Part shown: piece by piece, positions 38,433 to 53,005 of the stretch | Position numbering within the stretch: position 1 is the first letter of the stretch | Layout of the letters: each line of letters opens with the position of its first letter | Assembly: GCF_963921235.1 (NCBI RefSeq) | Contig: NC_086108.1 | Coordinates: forward strand, 37,140,001 to 37,204,000 | Source: Mobula hypostoma | Taxonomy: Eukaryota | Length of the DNA stretch: 64,000 nucleotides | Direction of reading: 5' to 3' | Notes under the pieces: generated by a model | What the model was told of the DNA's origin: nothing | What the model saw: the letters and a program-made list of their open reading frames with translations, nothing else | Databases searched by the model: none | Program-made: the position numbers and the translations under genes

Positions 38433-40449
38433 ATCACCATTAATGTTACCAGTCATCAAGGCAGTCCCAACAAATAGATTTATAACTTTGACCAATGAAA
38501 AGCTTCAGAAAATCCAGCATAAAATGAAGTCCAAGGTACATACAAAGTCCTTAATTCTGAAGAATTTTGGTAAAGCTTGAAACTAATACTCCTGCCTTTG
38601 CCTGATCAAGGGCTTGAATTTGAATTATTTTTGTTTAAATGAAATCTACCCTATTACACAAGAGAAGCAAGAGCTATCTCTGTTTTGAAGATCACGTTGG
38701 ACTATTATAGCCATTTGTCTTAAAAACAATGTCAAAGAGGTGGGTATCCCATGTTTTACTTTTATTCATGGACACATTGCATGTTAGCTTCTAAAATCAT
38801 CAGAATATCTTCAGAATATTTTCATCATTGCTAAGGTAATTGGTGGAAAATACCTCTGTCGATGAATATTCTGCTGATTTCGTTCATATGTGGTGTTATT
38901 TTATTATTCCACTCATGATATTTGCAATATCTTTGTTTATCTTTTCTATTTCTTTTTTACGGCTTTGAAATTGATTTATCTGCCCAGATGTTTTATATTA
39001 GAACATTTCCCTTCTCTCCAGGGTGAATTATATTAAACACTAGGCTCTATTAAATTGGATTTGGACAATTGGTTATATGAATCTCTCTCCATGGATGAAA
39101 AACATTGAAATAGTCTTGCAATTTCTTTGGTATTTGCTGTCATATTGACATTTTATGTCTTTGTCAAACTTTTCCTTTCCATTTTTCTAAAATGTTTCTT
39201 CAATCCCATAACTAACTCGATTTCAGCAGTTCGCTCCAGATAGGTTTATTGTGTTAGTAATTTTCTAGATGAAATGGAAACCATAACAAGCTAAAGTATA
39301 TATTAAATATAGTTATATTTCACTGATCATTGTAAACTCTGGGCAAAATTTAAATACTTATGCTCTTGTATAGACTATATGAATGAAATGAAGCTTCTTA
39401 TTCTAATAAAGCTCAAAACAGCATTTCAATCACAGCAGTAACTTTGCACTGCATGAGAAAGCATTGCATGTTCTCCAAACCACTGCTGTGAGCTGCTAAT
39501 TAATGATGTTTCTGCTGCCTCCTAGTTGACACATAGTCTAGTCTTTGATCCAATGACCATCAAAAGGGAATCTCTCTACACAGAATTTGTTCTCAATCTC
39601 TTTAGAGAACTGGTGGGGAGAAGAAAAGAGAAAGACTGATAGCTCTCGGATAAACTATCACTGAGTATGTGATAGTTTGCTTGAGAGCTGGTGGGCTGGA
39701 AAGAGGTGAACTATACTTTGCTTGAGGAAAAACATTTGTCAAACTTGTACACCTCTGTCCACTCTCACAATGGGCTTTCAGTCCAGTGAATATTACTTAA
39801 TGAGTGAGTAACCAATGCAATTAATTAAGCATCCCCAGTTTTATGTTATAGAAATAGTGCAACATTGATACAGTCATGCATCTGTAGAAAAAAATCCAGT
39901 GCTATGGAACTGCTAGTATCAATAATGCATCTTTAATGTGTAAATATGCAGCAGTAGCATGACTTGTCACTGCAGAGTTGTTTCTGCACCATAACAATTC
40001 AGACATTTGGCAATAACAGTGCAGATATGATGCTGGATTCAATGCCATGGCATTCAAATATGTCCCTCATTGCATGGGTTTGACAAGAGTATACCTCCTG
40101 GGTCATTTCAAAACTTAAACAGGCTATTTCAGAAAAAGAAAGTGCAGACACCCTTTTATTTCCCCAAACATATTTGCAGCCAAGCCCACTGAGAGATGTA
40201 TAAACTAGTCACAGTATTATTTGGGTACTGCAAGCTGATTATTGTGCTCTATAGACATAGTTTTCACACACATTCATTCGCTGCTACATTTGAGCAACAC
40301 CCAAAGGTAGTGAGTCTTTGGAATTCCCCACTTAAGAGGGCCGTAGAGGATCTCTTATCAAGTATTGTCAAAACAGGGATTGGTATATTTTATATTCAAG
40401 GGGAATTCGGGATTTGGTTTAAGATCAAATAAAATTGAAGCATGCATCA

Positions 40450-41400
40450 GCCATAGAGCTCCTCAATCCTGGTCCACTATTCAGAAAGGCCATGATGGGA
40501 TTTGGACCATAATACCACTTATGCCCACTCCCTACATGATTTCCCAGTGGCCACCCATTTCAATTTTACTTCCAATTCACATTCCGACATATCAGTCAAT
40601 GGTCTCCGGTACTGCCAGGATGAGGCCACACTCAGGCTGGAGGAGCAACACCTTATATTCCATCTGAATAGCCTCCAACCTGATGGCATGAACATTGATT
40701 TTTCAAATTTCCAGTAATTGCCCCCCCTTCACCATTCCCCATTCTTGTTTCCCAACTCACACCTTCCCTTCTTACCTGCCCATCACCTCCCTCTGATGCT
40801 CTTTCCCCCTTCTCTTTCTTCCATGGTCTTCTGTCCTCTCCTATCAGGTTCCCCCTTCTCCAGTGCTGTACCATTTTACCAATCGACTTCCCAGCCCTTC
40901 ACTTCACCCCCCCCCCCCGGTCTCGCCTATCACCTATTGCTTGTACTTCTTCCTCCCCTCCCCACACCTTCCTATTCTGACTTCTCTCCTCCCTTTCCAG
41001 TACTGATGAAGGGTCTCAGCCTGAAATGTCAACTGTTTACTCTTTTCTGAATCAGGTTTAATATCACTGGCAAATGTCGTAAAATTTGTTAACTTTGTGA
41101 CAGCAGTACAATGCAATACACGATAAATATATAAAAACTGAATTACAGTAAGTATACATATGTATATTAAGTAATTAAATCAAAAATAAGTAGAGCAAGA
41201 ACTGAACTTAGGCCTGAAATAGTGTTCAAGAGTTCAACATCCATTTAGAAATCAGATGGCAGAGGGGAAGAAGCTGGTCCTGAATCGCTGAGTGAGTGCC
41301 GTCTGGTTTCTGTATCTTTACCATAGATGCAGCCTGGCCTGCTGAGTTCCTCCAGCATTTTGTATGTGTTGCTTTGGATTTTCAGCATCTGCAGATTTGC
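40450..41400 (+). mobile_element. PLE 3' end (GIY-YIG C-terminus + terminal repeat), interrupted by a Rex1-like tail (minus, about 41048-41305)
   Basis: PVATHFNFTSNSHSDISVNGL..EATLRLEEQHLIFHLNSLQPDGMNIDFSNF; the terminal repeat resumes at about 41315. Confidence 0.85.
40998..41035 (+). ncRNA. Minimal type I hammerhead ribozyme-like motif (degenerate)
   Basis: CAGTA, CTGATGA (41003-41009), A, GGGTCTCAGCCT, GAAA, T, GTC, AACTG; CAGT/ACTG can form stem I. Confidence 0.6.
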
Positions 41401-41899
41401 TTGAGCTTCTGATTTAGTACCCCACATCTTTTGCTTCCCATTATTTCCAAAAATCTCTTTTGGACAGTCTTGAATCTATTTAGTGACAAAGCATCTACCG
41501 CATTTCAGTGAGGAAAATTCCAAAGGTTAATAGCTGCCAGATAAAGAAATGCTTCCTCTGCTTTGTTCTGTTGACTGACAGCTTATCAAACAATTGGGAT
41601 GCAATTTTGGAGCTGGTAGACTGAGCCACAAGGATAACATTTCAGCTGTGTCAATTTTGGCTAATTTACGTTGGACACTAAACTTTGGCAAGGATATAGT
41701 AGTTAATGTGAAGTTACCTTTATCTGAGAGAAAATAAATCTCTCAGCCACTGCCTGGTCAATCCTCCCTGAATCTTACTTGCCTCAGTGAGATTACTTCT
41801 TTTGCTTCTAAGCTTCAGTAAGTATAGATAAATCTTAGTATTTGCTTGGTACGTGGCAGATCTATGCAGAACCATCAGACGCCATAACACTACCAAGCG

Positions 41900-42100
41900 T
41901 ACATATCTGCTGGAGAAATAGCAGATCAAGCCATATCTATGAGGAAAAAGGAGTTGTCGAGGATTCAGATCACAACACTGCATCCGATTCAACCTGAAGC
42001 ACAGGGATTCCTTCCGTCCTAGCTGCTGCACAACTCACTGACGTCCTCCAGCAGGTAGTATGTGGAATCAGATTCCAGCATCTGCAATCTCTTACATCTC
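41900..42100. mobile_element. Older fold-back PLE-derived mini-element
   Basis: CTGCTGGAG..AGCAGATCAAG on one arm and CTCCAGCAG..TTCCAGCATCTGCAATCTCTT on the other; heavily diverged. Confidence 0.5.
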
Positions 42101-42320
42101 ATTGAAGCACTCGGCACTGCTAAAACCAAAAGGCCAATCTGGTGGTATTACAACACTGTACTGTTTTTGTGTTAAACAGCAAAAGCATTGTGTAACAAAA
42201 TTGAGCAATCCGATACCAAATGAACCAACAGCAAAGCTGAGTGCTTGCAGCCATCTTCATCTAGTGGAGCTGAGAGTATGATTCATGTTAGCCTTCTTGA
42301 GGGCACAATATTATTTGCAG

Positions 42321-42530
42321 TGTATTTAAGATTTCAGTGATATTTGAGTAATATTGTAAATGTGTTGTTTGATTAAGCATTGTTTGCTTACAAAATTCAT
42401 TATGGATTATATAATGAAGTATGTGAATGGCATACATCATCATATCACCACATCATATATGTAAGTAACCCTATATCCCCAGCTCAGATGTTTTTCTTTC
42501 GATTAGTACTTCGAGTTACAAAACATAACA
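42321..42530. mobile_element. Probable short solo LTR
   Basis: TGTATT...CATAACA termini; flanks GCAG / GAAG (3 of 4 match). Confidence 0.45.
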
Positions 42531-43626
42531 GAAGACAGCATAAAGTCTTTTGTTCTTTCCACATTTTATCGATGAATGTCTGAGAGCACTGCAGTGCTGA
42601 ACATTTAGCTGCACTCTTAGCCGAGCTTTTCCATCACAACTGCAATATTGGCATTTACATAACTGTGGAAATTGTTTCAGGAAACCAACCCAATCCAAAT
42701 AATTACCATCCCATCACGGTCCCCTGATTAGTTTACTGAATAGTGTTAATTCAATTGTCATTTTTTAATTAATTTTTTTCCTGTCAGATCACAATTTGTG
42801 TGATTGGTAATTCTCGAGTTAGTTAAATGTGCCATTTTTGGAATTGAATTTATTTTTTGTGTATGTGCATGTTCCATACTCAGTCATGTGCATTAGTGAG
42901 TGAGTAGAGAATTGGGCAGCACTTGGAATCTTCTTACAGGCTTGATCGTATTATGAGCTACAATTGTTAACATGTTACATTGAAACAAAGGCAAAATTAA
43001 CAGAAGAAATGAATTCTTTTTACGTCTTAAACTATCATAAGAGCTGAACCTACTTGTTGGCTAATATGAACAGAATATCAATGATGTGTAGATATTTTCA
43101 GCTTGATTTGAACTCTTGATTTGAACAAAATTTCCAGTGTTTTTATTTTATCTCAAGGCAGTGCACCTTCATGCTGTGTCCAGGTCTAATTTTTACCATA
43201 ATGTAACTTCACATCATTTTCAATTTGTTCTCTGCAGATAAGTATTTTTATAATTTTAATGAATTTTTAATGTATCTTGTATGTGAGACCGCACAACTTT
43301 ACAGAAATTTTATTCCTTGAATGAAGGGACAAAAGGTAAAATTGAACCAAACTGAAGTAAACCACATGCTGTGCTTATCTGCATAAAAAGTGAGGAAAAT
43401 GTCTACAAACATTCAGCTGTATTGATACATGAAAATAAAGAGTTATCACTGTGAATATTAAGAATTGTTTTTCTTGGCTTTCTCATTACACTATATAAAT
43501 TCAATTCATTATTAACCTTTAGCTGCAGTAAATTCATAAAATATGTAGTTTTAATTTCTAACATATGTTCTCAGGCTTCAATCATCGCAAGCACTAGCTT
43601 GTTGGAGAGGCGGTGCAAAGTTTAAA

Positions 43627-46600
43627 GAACAAAGAATAGTACAGCACAGTACAGGCCCTACGGCCCACAATGTTGTGCTGACCCTTAAACTCTGCCTCCC
43701 ATATAAGTCCCCACCTTAAATCCTCCATATACCTGTCTAGTAGTCTCTTAAATTTCACTAGTGTATCTGCCTACATCACTGACTCAGGCAGTGTATTCCA
43801 CGCACCAACCACTCCCTGAGTAAAAAACCTTCCTCTAATATCCCCCTTGAACTTCCCACCCCTTACCTGAAAGCCATGTCCTCTTGTATTGAGCAGTGGT
43901 GCCCTGGGGAAGAGGAGCTGGCTGTCCACTCTATCTATTCCTCTTAATATCTTGTATACCACTATCATGTCTCCTCTCATCCTCATTCTCTCCAAAGAGT
44001 AAAGCCCTAGCTTCCTTAGTCTCTGATCATAATACATACTCTTTAAACCAGGCAGTATCCTGGTAAATCTCCTCTGTACCCTTTCCAATGCTTCCACATC
44101 CTACCTATAGTGAGGTGACCAGAACTGGACACAGTACTCCAAGTGTGACCTAACCAGAGTTTTATAGAGCTGCATCATTACCTCACGACCCTTAAACTCT
44201 ATCCTTCGACTTATGAAAGCTAACACCCCATAAGCTTTGTTAACTACCCTATCTACCTGCGAGGCAACTTTCAGGGATCTGTGGACATGTCCACCCAGAT
44301 CCCTCTGCCCCTCCACACTACCAAGTATCCTGCCATTTACTTTGTACTCTGCCTTGGAGTTTGTCCTTCCAAAGTGTACTACCTTACACTTCTCCAGGTT
44401 GAACTCCATCTGCCACTTCTCAGCCCACTTCTGCGTCCTATCAATGTCTCTCTGCAACCTTCAACAATCCTCTACCCTATCCACAACACCACCAACCTCT
44501 GTGTCATCTGCAAACTTGCCAACCCATCCTTCTATCCCCACATCCAGGTCGTTAATAAAATACATGAAAAGTAGAGGTCCCAGAACAGATCCTTAAGGGA
44601 CACCACTAGTCACAATCCTCCAATCTGAATGTACTCCCTCCACCACGACCCTCTGCCTTCTGCAGGCATGCCAATTCTGAATCCACCTAGCTAAACTTCC
44701 CTGGATCCCATGCCTTCTGACTTTCTGAATAAGCCTACCGTCTGGAAACTTGTCAAATGCCTTACTAAAATCCATGTAGATCACATCCACTGCACTACCC
44801 TCATCTATGTGTCTGGTCACCTCCTCAAAGAACTCTATCAGGCTTGTTAGACATGATCTGCCCTTCACAAAGCCATGCTGACTGTCCCTGATCAGACCAT
44901 GATTCTCTAAATGCCCATAGATCCTATCTCTAAGAATCTTTTCCAACAGCTTTCCCACCACAGACGTAAGGCTCACTGGTCTATAATTACCCGGACTATC
45001 CTTACTAACTTTTTTGAACAAGGGGACAACATTCGCCTCCCTCCAATCCTCTGGTACCATTCCCGTGGACAGCAAGGACATAAAGATCCTAGCCAGAGGC
45101 TCAGCAATCTTTTCCCTCACCTCGTGGAGCAGCCTGGAGAATATTCCGTCAGGCCCTGGGGACTTATCCATCCTAATGTATTTTAGCAACTCCAACACCT
45201 CCTCTCCCTTAATATCAACACGCTAAAGAACATCAACCTCACTCATATTGTCCTCACCGTCATCAAGCTCCCTCTCATTGGTGAATACCGAAGAGTATTC
45301 ATTAAGGACCTCGCTCACTTCCACAGCTTCCAGGCACATCTTCCCACCTTTATCTCTAATTGGTCCTACCTTCACTCCTGTCATCTTTTTGTTCTTCACA
45401 TAATTGAAGAATGCCTTGGGGTCATCCTTTACCCTACTCACCAAGGCCTTCTCATGCCCCCTTCTTGCTCTCCTCAGCCCCTTCTTAAGCTCCTTTCTTG
45501 CTCAATAGGCCCATCTGATCCTTGCTTCCTAAACCTCATTTTTGCTGCCTTCTTCCAGCTGACTAGATTTTCCACCTCACTTGTCACCCATGGTTCCTTC
45601 ACCCTACCATTCTTTATCTTTCTCACCGGGACAAATTTATCCCTAACATCTTGCAAGAGATCCCTAAACATCGACCACATGTCCATAGTACATTTCCCTG
45701 CAAAAACATCATCCCAATTCACACCCGCAAGGTTAGCCTTATAGCCTCATAATTTGCCCTTCCCCAATTAAAAATTTTCCTGTCCTCTCTGTTTCTATCC
45801 TTTCCCATGATAATGCTAAAGGCCAGGGAGCAGTGGTCACCATCCCCCAGATGCTCACCCACTGAGAGATCTGTGACCTGACCTGGTTCATTACCTAATA
45901 CTAGATCTAGTATGGCATTCCCCCTAGTCGGCCTGTCAACATACTGTGACAGGAATCCATCCTGGACACACTTAACAAACTCTGCCCCATCTAAACCATT
46001 GGAACTAATCAGGTGCCAATCAATATTAGGGAAGTTAAAGTCACCCATGATAATAACCCTGTTATTTTTGCACCTTTCCAAAATCTACCTCCCAATCTGC
46101 TCCTCGGTATCTCTACTGCTACCAGGGGGCCTATAGAATACCCCCAACAGAGTAACTGCTCCCTTCCTGTTCCTGACTTCCACCCATACTGACTCAAAAG
46201 AGGATCCTGCTACATTACCCACCCTTTCTGTTGCTATAATAGTATCCCTGACCAGTAATGCCACCCCGCCTCCCCTTTCCCCCCTCTCTATCCCTTTTAA
46301 AGTACTGAAATCCAGGAATATTGAGAATCCATTCCTGCCCTGATGCCAGCCAAGTCTCTGTAATGGCCACAGCATCATAATTCCATGTATGTATCCAAGC
46401 TCTCAGTTCATCACCTTTGTTCCTGATGCTTCTTGCATTGAAGTACACGCACTTTAGCCCTTCTACCTTTACACCCTTTATTCTGCTTCCCTTTCCTCAA
46501 AGCCTCTTTATATGTTAGATCTGGCTTTACTCCATGCACTATACTTGCAGTTCTCGCATGAACTTTATCCTCCTCCACCTCACTATCTGCTCCGACACTC

Positions 46601-46709
46601 TGGTTCCCCTACTCCTGCAAATCTAGTTTAAACCCCCCAGAGCAGCACTAGCAAACCTTCCAGCAAGGATGTTAGTCCCCCTCCAGTTCAGGTGCAACCC
46701 GTCCCATCT
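43627..46709 (-). mobile_element. CR1 LINE, complete ORF2 region with several lesions, 5'-truncated at the end of ORF1
   Basis: YFNARSIRNK, ITETWL, MGDFNFPNIDW, KSPGPDG, YRPVSLTSVVGK, DFSKAFDK, EYCVQFWSP in successive short ORFs; candidate TSD GTTTAAA at 43620-43626 and 46710-46716. Confidence 0.93.
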
Positions 46710-46799
46710 GTTTAAAAAGAGCTGAGGCCTTTAGGAATCTTCGCCAGGCTTCAATCTTCATGATTAATTAGGCACCTGGCAAAGGCAATAAAGAAGAAT

Positions 46800-49700
46800 G
46801 AGGTATCAGCGGAGTGGCCGCTGTGAGAGCAGCCACAGTGTGAGTGGCCAGTGTTAGAGTGGTCAGGCTTTGGTACAAAAGGCTTGGGTGGGATGAGTAG
46901 AATGCTCTAAATAACTTTCCAGTAAGTTTCTTTTTCTTGTTTTGTCTATTAGTTAATAGATAGTATGGTGAAGATGCAGCCAGGAGTAGTGGCGTATTCT
47001 TTATGTGAGATGTGGGATCGCCAGAAGACCTCAGGCCTCATCATATCTAAGCCTGCACAAGCTACAGCTGGATGACCTTCAGTACATATGGGACACTAAG
47101 GAGGTGATAAATAGGACTACGAGGAGATGGTCACCCTAAGTTGCAGGAGGCACGTTGCTCAGATAACTGCCAGGAGAAGGAAAGGGAATAGGCAGCTGGT
47201 GTAGAGCCTCAGTGACTGGGTCTCTGGCACTGAGTCTGGCTCTGTGGCTTAGAAAGGAAGGGGGAGAAGAGGAGTGCAGTAGTTATAGGAGATTCCATAG
47301 TTCGAGGAGCAGACAGGAGATTCTGTGGGTGTGAAAGAGACACCAAGAAAGTATGTTGTCTCCCAGGTCAAGGATACCTTGGATCAGGTCCATAGTATTC
47401 TAAAGGGGAATGGTGAACAGGCAGAATTTGTGGCACATATTGGTACCAATGACATAGGTAGGAGAAGGGAGGGGTCCTGAAGAGAGAATATAAGGAGTCA
47501 AGTAGAAAGTTGAAAAGCAGGACCTCTGGATTAACCTCTGGATTGCTGCCTGTGTCCCGTGCCAGTGAAGGTAAGAATAGGATGACTTAGCGGGTGAGTG
47601 CATGGTTGAGGAATTGCTGCAGGAGGCAGTGTTTTCGATTTCTGGATCATTGGGATGTCTTCTGGGGAAGGCATGACCTGTATAAAAAGGATATGTTACA
47701 CCTGAACTTGAGCAGGACAAATGTACTTGCAGGTAGGTATGCTAGAGCTGGAAAGGGTTTAAGCTAATTTGGCTGGGGAATGGGAACCAGAATGATAGAG
47801 TTAAGAATGCGGCTGCTTAACTCTCTGTAATGTAGATGCAGTGAGACTGTGAGGGAGGGTAGGCAGATGGTAGGACAAAATTGCGGTCAGTGGGAAGAGA
47901 TTAAGTGGAATGTGGGGACAAAATCAAAAGGGGTGATGAAGGGGCACAATTAAGAGCATCCCGACTGGCTGTATTACTGCCTGCTATGGGACCTGTACTT
48001 CCTCCAATCGCAGGACTCTGCAGAGAGTGGTGCGGACAGCCCAGCACATCTGTAGATGTGAACTTCACACTATTCAGGACATTTACAAAGACAGGTGTGT
48101 AAAAGGGGCCCAAAGGATCATTGGGGACCTGAGTCACTCCAACCACAAGCTGTTCTAGCTGCTACCATCTGGGAAACGGTACCACAGCATAAAAGCTAGG
48201 ACCAACAGGCTCTGGGACAACTTCTTCCACCAGGCCATCATACTGATTAATTCATGCTGGCACAACTGTATTTCTGTTACATTGACAGTCCTGTTGTACA
48301 TACAATTTATTATAAATTACTATAAATTGCAAATTGTACATTTCGATGGAAGCACAATGTAATAAAGTCAATTCAATTCAATTCAATACAGGACTGAAGG
48401 TGTTATATTTGTAGAATGCCTATAAAATGGCTTTTAAAAGTAGCTTGTGGTTAAGCCTGATGGGGAAAAGGCAATTCTAGATTGAGTGTTGTGTGATGAA
48501 CCAGATTTGATGAGGGAGTTTAAGGAATATATGGAATTTTGTATAAGATCCTGTATGCAGTTAGAGATTGGCAGCTATGATGTTGTGGACATATCTGGGT
48601 CATGGGTGAAATAAGAACATAGTTGAGAGAGTAATGTCCATGGATACACATTGTTTCAAAAGGACAGATAGGTAGACAGAGGGAGTTGTGTGGCTCCATT
48701 GGTTAAAAAATGAAACCAAATCCTTAAGAAGAGGTGGGATAGGAACAGAAGGTGTAGATCCTTGTAGGTAGAGTTAAGAAACTGCAAGGGTAAAAATTCC
48801 CTGATGGGAGTTATATACAGGCATCCGACAATAGCCAGGATATGGGGTACAATTACAAGGGAGATAGAAAAATCATGTAAAAAGTGCAATGTCATGGAGA
48901 ATTTCAATATGCAAATAGATTGGGAAAATTGGTGCTGGATGCCAATAAACAGAATTTGTAGCTTAAGGTAAAGGAACCTTTAAGTGACAGTGATCATAAT
49001 CTGATAGAATTCATCCTGCAATTTAAAAGGAAGAAGCAAAAATCATATGAATCACTATTACAGTGGAGTAAAGGGAATTAAGTTCAAGTTTAATTATCAT
49101 TCAACCATTCAAAACAGCATTCTTCCAAGGCCCAGGTGTAAAACATATTACCAGTAACACAGAGTGCATAGTACATATGGTTATGATAGCAGAAAACATG
49201 CAGTCACAAAAACATGATATAACTTAATACCCTAAAAGAAATGGGCTGTAGAATGATGGCGCATGGGATTTTGTTCTTGGCCAACTTGTTGTACCACCAA
49301 GCAAATAATGGGTGGGACAGCATCCAACCCAGCAGGGAGAGGAACTGGCCAAAGTTGATTGCAAGGGGACACCAACAGGGATGATGACAGAACAGCAATG
49401 GCTGGAGTTTCTGGGAGCAATTCAGAAGGTGAAGAATAAATACATTCCAAAGAAGAAAAAGCATTTTAATGAGGGGATGAGGCAACTGTAGCTGAGAAGG
49501 GTAATCAAAGACAGCATAAAAGCAAAAGAGAAGGCACATAATATAGCAAAAAATTGTGGAAAGCAAGAAGATTGAGAAGCTTTTAAAAACCAACAGAATA
49601 CAACTAAAAGGCAATAAGGATAGAAAAGAAGAAATATAAAGGTAAGCTATCAAATGTAATATAAACAAGGGTACCAAAAGTACTTTTTCAGATATATAAA

Positions 49701-51155
49701 GAATAGAAAAGAAGCGAGAGTGGATATTGGACCAGTGGAAAATGACCATGGAGAGGAAGCAATAGGGGATAAAGAAATGACAAATAAATGTAATAAGTAT
49801 TTTGCATTGGTCTTCATTATGGAAGACACCAGCAGTATGCCAGAAATTCAAGTGTCAGAGTGCAGAAGTGAGTGTAGTTGCTACTACTAAGGAGAAGGTG
49901 CTTGGAAAGCTGAAAGGTCAGAAGGTAAATAAGTCACTCGGACCAGATGGACTATACCCCAGGATTCTGAAAGAGATGGTTGAAGAGATTGTGGGGGCAT
50001 TAGTACTGATAGTATAAGTACTACTAGCTTCTGAAATGGTTCTGGAGAACTGGAAAACAGCAAATGTCACTCCATTCTTTAAGCAGGGAGGGAGACAAAA
50101 GGAAGGAAACTATAGGTCAGTTAGCCTGACATCAGTGGTTGGGAAGTATGGAGTCCATTATTAGGAATGAGATTTCCGGTTACTTGGAGGCACATAATCA
50201 AATAAGGCCGTAGTCTGCATAATTACCTCAAGAGGAAATTTTGCCTGATAAATCTATTGGAATCCTTTGCAGAAAAAGCAGGCAAAATAGTCAAAAGGGA
50301 GTCAGCGGACGCTACTTACTTGGATTTTCAGAAGGACTTCGACAAGGAGCTGCACATGAGGCTGCTAAACAATGAGAGCCCATGGTATTACATGAGAGAT
50401 ACCTACATGGGTAGAAAGTTGGCTGACTAGCAGGAGGCAAAGAGTGGGAATAAAGGGGGCTTTTTCAGGTCAGCTGCCAGTGACTAGCAGTGTTCTGCAG
50501 GGACCACCGTTTTCATGTTATGCTGTAAGGCAACAATTTGATCGTGGAATTGATGGCTTTGTGGCTAAGTCTGTGGATGATACAAAGATAAGTAGAGAGG
50601 CAGGTACTGTTGAGGAAGCAGGGAGTCTGCAGAAGAACTTAGCTTAGTGAGTGGTCAAAGTAGTGGCAGATGGAATATAGTGTAGGGAAGTGTATGGGCA
50701 TGCAATTTTGTAGAAGGAATAAAGGCAAAGGCTATTTTCTACAGTAAATGGGGAGAAAATTCAAAAATCAGAGGTTCAATAGGACTTGGGAGTCCTTTGG
50801 TGTATGGATTCTCTAAAAATTAACTTGCAGGTCAGTAAGGAAGGCAAGTGCAATGTTAAGCAACACACATCAAAGTTGCTGGTGAACGCAGCAGGCCAGG
50901 CAGCATCTCTAGGAAGAGGTACAGTCGTCATTTTGGGCCGAGATCCCCATTGCCACAGATGGCTGTGAGAGCAAGTCACTGAGTATATTTAAAGTGGAGG
51001 TTGACAGATTCTTGATTAGTAAAGGTGTCAATGGTTACAGACAGAAGGCAGGAAAATGGGATTCAGAGAAATTAAAAAATCAGCAATGATGGAATGGCAG
51101 AGCAGACTAGGTGGAATGAATGGCCTATTTCAGCTCCTATGTCTTATGGTCTTGT
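46800..51155 (+). mobile_element. Older near full-length CR1 (5' UTR, decayed esterase ORF1, ORF2, tail) with inserts at about 47950-48385, 49081-49336 and 50860-50948
   Basis: VIGDSIVRGADRRFCG and HIGTND near 47280-47455; KSLGPDGLYPRILKE; tail CTCCTATGTCTTATGGTCTT. Confidence 0.85.
47950..48385 (+). mobile_element. Rex1-like 3' fragment nested in CR1
   Basis: LTGCITACYG..LQRVVRTAQHI..LLPSGKRYHSIKART; (ATTCA)n tail. Confidence 0.8.
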
Positions 51156-53005
51156 ATAAGTATGTATTATTTTTGAGAAAAAAAATCATTATTTTGATGA
51201 AACTATTATTAGAAGATCAACTGTAAACTCATTGAATTACCCGGAATGGGGTTAATTAATCAAAAAAGGGAGGCAGTTAAAATCCTAAAGCAAATGTTCA
51301 AGCCATAAGATGTCTTCTCCGATTATGCTCTCTCCTTGTCTCTGCTCTTGTTTCCCTGCACTGTTTATTCAATATTTACTGCCACTTAATGATCACAAGC
51401 TCATTTTACCAATTATTTGTGTTCATAAAAATCACGCTCCTGGCAGAGGACTGTGGCTGGCAGCTGTTACTCGGCCAGACAAATATACTTTTCAGTAATT
51501 TCCTCCAATTGCCTTTACTGCTGTGTATATGCATTCTATGGTTAGCAACAGACTAATATCCCCATTGTAAACTTTGTTTTTGACAGATAGTCACCGATGC
51601 TGTCTTTCATGAAGGCACCAAGGGGTTCTTTGGTTTTTGTAAGCAACAATTGCAAATAAAATATTTGTTTAATGTATCTGTTGCTGTGTAACATAACTAA
51701 ATTATAATACCATGAAATTTTAGGGAAATAAGGCTGGTCCTCCAATTTGTTCTCCAGAGAATGTGATTTAAGTAAATTATACTGAAAATATTTCAGTTAT
51801 AAATAACAATGGTCGGAAAGAATTTCTTTAAATGTTTTTGATCAGTTGGTTGCAATGAAAGGAGGTATTTATATTACCTAAGATGAAAGATACTGAACTG
51901 TGCAGTAACTCGTCAGACTTGCTAATATGTGCATTCAGTATATCTCAAATACCAAAATGCTACCAAGTTGCATTGAATACAGCAGAATGCACAATGAGCA
52001 TTGCACAGATATGTTAAATGCTGGCTTGCATCAACTCCAAAATGCTCAAGCAGAAAAATCCAAACTGGGATGCTTCAAACTTCCATAAAACCTTTGATAT
52101 TTGATAGATCCTCTCTCCACTATCCTTTGTACAAATTTGTGTTTTTACAAAATGACAGTACAGGGAAGAACACACATAAAATGCTGGAGAATTTTGCAGG
52201 TCAGGTGGCATCTATGGAAATAAGTAAATTGTCGATGTTTCAGGCTGAGTAGCTTCCTCATGACTGGAAAGGAAGGTGAGACGATGCCAGAAGAAAAATA
52301 TTGGGGACGGCGAAAGGAAGGAGGATAGCTGGAGGGTGATGGGTGATTAGGAAAGGTCAAGGATTGGAGAGGAAGGAATCTGATTGAAGAGGAGATTGTA
52401 CCAAGGGAGAAAGGGAAGAAGGAGGGGCCACTGGAGAAGGCAGTAGGCAGGGAAGTAGAGGTAAGAGGCCCAAGTGGGGAATAGAAGAAGAGGGAAAGGG
52501 GTGGACAGGAAATTTTTTTTTAACCAGAAGGAGGAAAAAATCTTCATGCCATCAGATTGGGGCTACCAGCCAGAATCTAAGGTGCTGCTCTTCCACCTGG
52601 AGAGTGGCTTCATCTTGGCACAAGAGGAGGCCATAGACCCAACATGTCAGAATAGGAATTCAAATGATTGGCTACCAGAAATTCCACTTTTGGCAGATGG
52701 AGTGGAGCTGCTTGACAAAGCAGACCCCAAATTACGACGAGTCACACTAATGAAGCCACTTTGGGAGAACTGAATACAATAGGCGACCCCAATAGATTCA
52801 TAGATGAAGTGTGACCTCAGACAGAAGGACATTTAGGGAGTTGAATGGAAGTGAAAGCGAGAGTGAATGGGCTCGAAAGGTGTCACACTTTAGCCAATTG
52901 CAGAGATAAGTGCCAAGAGGGAGATCAGTGGGGAGGGATGAATAGATAAGGGAATCAAGAGGGAGTAATCACAGCAGAGAGCACAGAGTTGGAGGGGGGT
53001 GAGGT

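Noticed and set aside
39430..39491. 10-bp inverted repeat TCACAGCAGT / ACTGCTGTGA, pre-miRNA-sized hairpin
   Set aside because: The inner stem is poor, a few such repeats are expected by chance in 64 kb, and I recognise no miRNA.
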